Part shown: piece by piece, positions 59,330-64,000 of the stretch
Layout: each line of letters begins with the position of its first letter
Position numbering within the stretch: position 1 is the stretch's first letter
IMG/VR virus record: IMGVR_UViG_3300037348_000049
Span: 32,001 to 96,000 of that record
DNA length: 64,000 nucleotides
Source of the DNA: a virus
Reading direction: 5' to 3' (one strand)
Notes under the pieces: model-generated
What the model was told of the DNA's origin: nothing
What the model saw: the letters and a program-made list of their open reading frames with translations, nothing else
The model's database searches: none
Position numbers and translations under genes: made by a program

Positions 59330-59616
59330 ACCTAGAAGAATTTAGAAAAGTATCACACGAGTTTTATGCAGAAGCAGAGAGTGTGCTTGTCAAGAAACAG
59401 AATGATTACGGACCAACAAACATTAGCAGAAGCCCTGGTGGCCCACTCAATGGACTACGAGTCAGAATGCATGACAAGATTAGTCGTATAAATCATCTAA
59501 TAGACAACGATGTGGACCCAGAGAATGAAAGCTTGAAGGATTCCTTCCTTGATCTTGCGAACTATAGCATTATTGCGATGATGGTGTTAGATCAAAAATG
59601 GCCTGACGCGGAGTAG
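59326..59616 (+). CDS. DUF1599 / nucleotide-modification-associated domain 1 protein
   Basis: KKQNDYG..NI...GLRVRMHDKISRI.HL...ESL.DSFLDLANYSIIAMM. Confidence 0.85.
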   Translation: MNLEEFRKVSHEFYAEAESVLVKKQNDYGPTNISRSPGGPLNGLRVRMHDKISRINHLIDNDVDPENESLKDSFLDLANYSIIAMMVLDQKWPDAE

Positions 59617-59792
59617 TATTCCATAAAAATACTAATTGAGCGCCACGTCTCACTGGTAGATTAGCGAATGATCGCCTATTTTACTTAGTTTACCCTAGAA
59701 AAAAATAAAAATCAATAAACTACTGGTACTATCAGCTACCTAAAAGACGTGACATAATAATATAAAGTAATCACACTAGGAAAGTTGGTCGT

Positions 59793-60086
59793 ATGCAATA
59801 CTCCACTCGTCGTTTGCGAAACTTGCAAAAACATCGACACATGGGTGATATAAAAAGAATGATTTTAAACAACAATCTTTTTAGAAACTTAGATAATAAA
59901 GACCAACGCAAGCTTGCAGAACTCATATACAAGTCAGAAATGATCGAAGTATTTGTTAGGGACAAAGAGCTCGTAAGAATAAATGAGTCCTTTGAATCTA
60001 TCGTAGAAGCAGTTGCGGACATGTTGGATGAACGATTGGAAGAGGATTACCCAGAAGATGATAGTGACGATTATCGCGAAAAGTAG
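59793..60086 (+). CDS. Hypothetical protein with acidic tail
   Basis: 97 aa; AGGAAAG SD (alternative ATG downstream). Confidence 0.6.
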   Translation: MQYSTRRLRNLQKHRHMGDIKRMILNNNLFRNLDNKDQRKLAELIYKSEMIEVFVRDKELVRINESFESIVEAVADMLDERLEEDYPEDDSDDYREK

Positions 60087-60151
60087 TAATTCTTGTGTTA
60101 CAATTTAATTGATTGGAGTCTATCTTCTTTCTTGGTGTTGTGACCAGTAAC

Positions 60152-60190
60152 AGAAAACCCCCGGTTTGTGTGGCCGGGGGTTTTCTTTTT
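60152..60190. terminator. Bidirectional intrinsic terminator
   Basis: AGAAAACCCCCGG (60152-60164) / CCGGGGGTTTTCT (60174-60186), 13-bp stem between convergent genes. Confidence 0.88.
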
Positions 60191-60203
60191 TAAAACTATA
60201 TGT

Positions 60204-61199
60204 CTATAAAGGTCGCTTGCAGCACTCGCAGATTTTAACTTCTTCCTTAGCTACTGGTACTGGTTCTGCTGGAATTCGAAGAGACTGGCCAACACTAATA
60301 ATGTTAATGTCTACGATTTTATTTTCCTTAGCTAATTTATTAACGTCTATATCAAACTGTTTTGCAATGCCTGACAGTGTGTCTCCAGACTTAACTGAGT
60401 ACCTAACAACCTTGGGGGCTTTGATGGCTTTGGTGGCTTTGGTTTCTTTAACGGGTGCCACTACTTTTGATTCAGCTTTTTCTGGGACAACTTTTTTAGG
60501 CTCTTCTACAAGGGGACTTATCTTCTTGGAGGAAACAAGAATGTCGTTTACCTCTACACAAATCTCGTGTGTAGTTGTCAGTGTTATCCCTTCCGCGAAA
60601 GCAACTCCAGCTTTTCTTTGAGTCTTATAGTAAACGCTAGTGCCATCTTTTCTAATGCGAACTTTAGAACCAACTGGTATTTTTGTGACTTCAACAACAA
60701 CATTGGTATTCTTTGGCGTGTAGGTGACCTTCACGCCATCTGCCTGACCTTTTTTGATCTCCTCTAGGAGAAACTCTTTTAGGTCAAAGACTACTTTATT
60801 ATGCTCACCGTAAAATACGCCCTTAATGGTTGTCGCAAGGGTCGCGTGCAAATGGGGCCCAGAACTTGCAGACCCAGAATTTCCGAGAAGTCCGATCGTC
60901 TGACCTACTTCAATCTTATCTCCAACTTTTAGGGTGGGAGCCTTGGCCATATGGCAGTAGCCAACGTACCAAACTTTTTCTCTTGCCCAAACTGTCTGAA
61001 CTATTACATGGCCAAGAATTGAGCTTCTACCAACATACTTAATTGTTCCGCTACTTACCGCGGGGATTGGGGTATTTAGTGGCATTGCCCAGTCGGTACC
61101 TCGGTGAGCGCCAAGTCCGTTACGGATTCTATAAGCCGAGCGCGTGTTGAACTCGCCTGTAATCCTTTTTAGTGGGAACGGAAGAATGAATTCACTCAT
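60204..61199 (-). CDS. Endolysin: M23 peptidase plus LysM
   Basis: HRGTD (HxxxD), GNSGSASSGPHLH (HxH); LysM YSVKSGDTLSGIAKQF...N.I.VGQSLRIP. Confidence 0.92.
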   Translation of the reverse strand: MSEFILPFPLKRITGEFNTRSAYRIRNGLGAHRGTDWAMPLNTPIPAVSSGTIKYVGRSSILGHVIVQTVWAREKVWYVGYCHMAKAPTLKVGDKIEVGQTIGLLGNSGSASSGPHLHATLATTIKGVFYGEHNKVVFDLKEFLLEEIKKGQADGVKVTYTPKNTNVVVEVTKIPVGSKVRIRKDGTSVYYKTQRKAGVAFAEGITLTTTHEICVEVNDILVSSKKISPLVEEPKKVVPEKAESKVVAPVKETKATKAIKAPKVVRYSVKSGDTLSGIAKQFDIDVNKLAKENKIVDINIISVGQSLRIPAEPVPVAKEEVKICECCKRPL

Positions 61200-61286
61200 T
61201 TAATACTCCTAACAAGATATTTTGTAGTATATTACTATTGTACCTTCTGTGTGATGTACCTATTAATATGTTAGGATTTACAAATT

Positions 61287-61751
61287 ATGTCAGGATTATT
61301 TCTTATAACTGTTAGTGCCGATGCTGCTGATAGGTCTTTGCTCCCGTCTTACGACTCTTTGTTTGACTCAGCTGCATACCTCATGTCTGCAGAGAATGTT
61401 GTAGTGCCCGCTGGTAAAAGGGTAGCTGTATCAACGGGTGTGAGAATGTCTATGCCAAATACAGAATTGTGCGGTCTTTTGAGTCCAGTAATGAACTTAA
61501 GTATTGATGGGCTCCTAATGATGGACAGTGGAAGAGTGATTGACCAGTGGGACGTATCGGAAATTAAAACTCTGCTATGGAACACCACTGACGATGATAT
61601 CACTCTAGCTAAAGGGCAGAGGGTCTGCAGGTATTCTGTAATCCCGGTTGCACATGCTAGTTATGTATCAGTGCCCGCAAATGTACTAGATACAATACAC
61701 CACTCGGATGAATGCGGAGCAGCAATGGACTGGAGTAGCCTTGAGCACTAA
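61287..61751 (+). CDS. dUTPase-like protein with degenerate catalytic motifs
   Basis: Colinear with trimeric dUTPase (SAE.VVVP.G.RV.V.TGV..S.P; VID; EIK..L.N; GQRV) but motifs 1, 2, 3 and 5 are altered or missing. Confidence 0.75.
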   Translation: MSGLFLITVSADAADRSLLPSYDSLFDSAAYLMSAENVVVPAGKRVAVSTGVRMSMPNTELCGLLSPVMNLSIDGLLMMDSGRVIDQWDVSEIKTLLWNTTDDDITLAKGQRVCRYSVIPVAHASYVSVPANVLDTIHHSDECGAAMDWSSLEH

Positions 61752-62262
61752 CTTAAACTTTAAGCAGCCACCTAATACTTTAATATTTACAACGGATTAT
61801 GACATCCTGACTGCTAATTACACTTCAGAAAAAGTAACCATAGACAAGAAGACCAAAAAAGTTGTCTATAAGTGCTTCTGGGTGCTAAGTGCTTGGCGTG
61901 ATGGAAAAATGCTTCTATATGGCAGCCTCGAAACAGATTTAGAGGCTACTAATGATGCTGAAGCAGAAGACAGGATTGCTGAAATATCAAACCACGTAGC
62001 TAGGTTTATTGAAACAGCTAGAGATATTGAGTCCTCTGACAATAGTGTCAATGTTCTTTCTGAACATAATGGTAGGGAAATAATTGCCGCAGTCCATGCA
62101 AGGTTTCTATCTCAGTTCTTGCACAGTACGAAGTTAGAACACAGTATTCTAGCCGTACGTGCTTTTCTTAAGACAATGAACGTTAAAAACACCAAGAAGA
62201 TACTTGCTGACGTTTTTGACGCAAAGATCATTGAAGACATAAAGGATAAAGACCTAAAGTAG
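61708..62262 (+). CDS. Hypothetical protein
   Basis: 184 aa ORF; start uncertain. Confidence 0.65.
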   Translation: MNAEQQWTGVALSTNLNFKQPPNTLIFTTDYDILTANYTSEKVTIDKKTKKVVYKCFWVLSAWRDGKMLLYGSLETDLEATNDAEAEDRIAEISNHVARFIETARDIESSDNSVNVLSEHNGREIIAAVHARFLSQFLHSTKLEHSILAVRAFLKTMNVKNTKKILADVFDAKIIEDIKDKDLK

Positions 62263-62299
62263 GTACTACTTACTTCTACACGCGCCACTTCCCCTGAGT

Positions 62300-62328
62300 T
62301 TGACATTTGTTTCTAGTTAGTGCATACT
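62300..62328 (+). promoter_or_regulatory. Sigma70 promoter, leaderless
   Basis: TTGACA-N17-CATACT, then 6 nt to ATG 62335. Confidence 0.7.
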
Positions 62329-62334
62329 ATGAAG

Positions 62335-62796
62335 ATGAATGAAGATGAAGAAACTTGGGAGCTACCTCCAGGGCCAAAACTGTATGTAGAGAAATTACGT
62401 AGCGAGGGTAATGGGGATATGGCAGATGCCTACGAGGACCTATACGAGGACCACCGGGTCGCTCGTGAGCAATTTATTAAAGATCACCTTGGTGGAGATG
62501 TTACGACCTTCTACAAGGCTAGCAAGCAGGTTAGGGACGAGTTCCACAGCATAGCTTCCGATATTGTTGATCTTCAAAGAATTGCTAATAAGGCAACTAA
62601 CTATGGGAGAACAGCGAAGCAAGAAGCGTTGGATAACTTAGATTTTATGAACGACCCCAAGTTGGTCTACAGGCAACAAAAAGATTTACTGGCTGGCTGG
62701 TATCAGAGCCTCTCTGCTGAGTTGTTCTACTATGACGGAGTGATTTGGGACAAGATCCCTAAAGAGAGAATTAATGAATTGGAGTACTTAGGATGA
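62335..62796 (+). CDS. Hypothetical protein ending in a GWYQ...LEYLG domain
   Basis: Start inferred from promoter geometry; C-terminus paralogous to the next gene. Confidence 0.75.
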   Translation: MNEDEETWELPPGPKLYVEKLRSEGNGDMADAYEDLYEDHRVAREQFIKDHLGGDVTTFYKASKQVRDEFHSIASDIVDLQRIANKATNYGRTAKQEALDNLDFMNDPKLVYRQQKDLLAGWYQSLSAELFYYDGVIWDKIPKERINELEYLG

Positions 62797-63284
62797 TAGA
62801 CGAAACGAAACTACAGTCAGTACCAGGAGGAGACGAGCGTGTTCTCTATGATGATGCTGGCAACACCTACTACAAAGATCCTAAGAAGGGCATCATCCCT
62901 TGGGCGGAATTAGTTGAGGATAATCTAGAACACTCTGTAGGAAGTTTCCTTGATCTAGACCTTGAGGATGTTGGGAAGATTGTTTACGTTCGGGTTACTG
63001 AAACTGGCTATCAAAGAATTATTGGCTCTGAACGTTCAGGTAAGGCAGTTAGTGGCCAATCTTGGGAAGATCTAGCTCCAGAATTATCAAAGAAGAGAGC
63101 AGCTGGTCTAGCTGCCGGAGTATCTCTAGCGCCAACCGAGATCCTTGCAGTGCAAGAACCAGAAGCAATAGAGATTGGCTGGTATCAAGATCCTGATGGT
63201 AACTTGTATCAGTACAATGGTGACAAGTGGGTTGATGGAGATGTCTCTAGCAACTTTATTAAAAAGTTAGAGTACTTAGGATAA
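62793..63284 (+). CDS. Hypothetical protein with DUF2510-like GWYxDP domain
   Basis: IGWYQDPDGNLYQYNGDKW...LEYLG. Confidence 0.7.
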   Translation: MIDETKLQSVPGGDERVLYDDAGNTYYKDPKKGIIPWAELVEDNLEHSVGSFLDLDLEDVGKIVYVRVTETGYQRIIGSERSGKAVSGQSWEDLAPELSKKRAAGLAAGVSLAPTEILAVQEPEAIEIGWYQDPDGNLYQYNGDKWVDGDVSSNFIKKLEYLG

Positions 63285-63376
63285 ACAAGCGCTGGACTTT
63301 TATTTCTACCTAAAGGTTGACTTATAAGTCTTTGCGTGTTACTGTTTATCTGCAACATCTTAATCAAGGAGAAATA

Positions 63377-63508
63377 ATGGAAATCACTTTTGTATGGAGC
63401 TGGTTCAGCTTTATAGTAGGTAGCTTGTCCTCTGTTGCTACAGGGGTAACGCTACTACTAATTGCTGCTGTAGCTAAGTGGAAAAAAACAAACCGCTATA
63501 ACAAGTAA
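63377..63508 (+). CDS. Small single-TM protein
   Basis: AAGGAG SD before ATG 63377; upstream TTGACT-N17-TACTGT promoter at 63317-63345. Confidence 0.65.
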   Translation: MEITFVWSWFSFIVGSLSSVATGVTLLLIAAVAKWKKTNRYNK

Positions 63509-63527
63509 AGCAATCGAACAGAAGACA

Positions 63528-63560
63528 AGACCGCCTCGTAAGGGACGGTCTTTCTTTTTG
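63528..63560 (+). terminator. Intrinsic terminator
   Basis: AGACCG...CGGTCT hairpin followed by TTCTTTTT. Confidence 0.7.
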
Positions 63561-63576
63561 CCCTGTGTAGTGCAAG

Positions 63577-63605
63577 TTGACAGGATATGGTTGTCGGGGT
63601 ATACT
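63577..63605 (+). promoter_or_regulatory. Consensus sigma70 promoter, leaderless
   Basis: TTGACA-N17-TATACT, then 6 nt to ATG 63612. Confidence 0.8.
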
Positions 63606-63611
63606 AAAGAC

Positions 63612-63923
63612 ATGAAAAAATTAACTGCAATAGCATGGTCAATACCATTTGTGGTAACAGGATGGATCTGGTTTGGTTGGCTAATGCCGGAGCTTATGAG
63701 CTCTAATGAAAATCTAAGTTGGTGGGCCATGACTGTGGGTGGCATCATATTTACTTTTAGTGGTTGGAGTGTGATCTTCAGCTCTAAGTCAGCAGGAAGG
63801 ATTCCAGGCGCCTTACCGATCGTCACTACTACAGAATATGATGCGGATTATTTAAACGCCAAAATTGAGATGGAAGTAGACTTCAATGTGGCAGACGATA
63901 TGTTTAAGCGTTACTCTTCTTGA
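63612..63923 (+). CDS. Two-TM membrane protein
   Basis: Start moved from 63558 to ATG 63612; two hydrophobic segments. Confidence 0.7.
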   Translation: MKKLTAIAWSIPFVVTGWIWFGWLMPELMSSNENLSWWAMTVGGIIFTFSGWSVIFSSKSAGRIPGALPIVTTTEYDADYLNAKIEMEVDFNVADDMFKRYSS

Positions 63924-64000
63924 TGATCTAGATCAACTTCTGTACCCCAAGCGAAAAATTTCGCGGTCCTAAGCAGGTCCATCACTTCGTAAGCCAAGTC

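Noticed and set aside
60166-60621. 151-aa plus-strand ORF
   Set aside because: Starts inside the terminator hairpin and is antisense to the endolysin

Overview
This is a 64 kb segment of a large tailed dsDNA phage that very probably infects an actinobacterium. Host clues are two WhiB-family genes, DUF3039, PIN-PhoH, a class Ib nrdHIEF operon and many leaderless sigma70-type transcripts; a freshwater Microbacteriaceae-like host is inference only. No capsid, portal or terminase gene is in the window. Layout: (1) 1-6.4 kb, + strand: replication/modification genes (SSB-like tail, T4 BGT-like glycosyltransferase, WhiB-zinc ribbon fusion, Prim-Pol/D5 primase-helicase). (2) 6.4-34 kb, - strand: virion fibre block with six Gly-Pro-Thr collagen-like genes, two large beta-repeat/Gly-rich proteins, an S8 protease, an FN3 protein, a metallophosphoesterase and a GT2-TPR glycosyltransferase. 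(3) 34-50.8 kb, + strand: auxiliary genes (DUF3039, nrdHIEF, FmdB, WhiB, PhoH, a DUF3494 ice-binding-like protein, a HiPIP-like/DUF5824-like protein, a serine recombinase, two DUF6065-like proteins, two tryptophan-halogenase-like flavoproteins, thyX). (4) 50.8-64 kb: a Pro/Thr-rich surface protein, a tRNA-like element with an abnormal anticodon arm, many small ORFs, a DEDDh exonuclease, DUF1599, an M23-LysM endolysin and a degenerate dUTPase. Best candidates for undescribed systems are a BclA/SgtA-like glyco-collagen fibre system, the halogenase/DUF6065 tailoring cluster, the ice-binding domain in a fibre-like scaffold, a possible DNA hypermodification set and the atypical tRNA. All family calls come from motif recognition by eye; no database searches were run.
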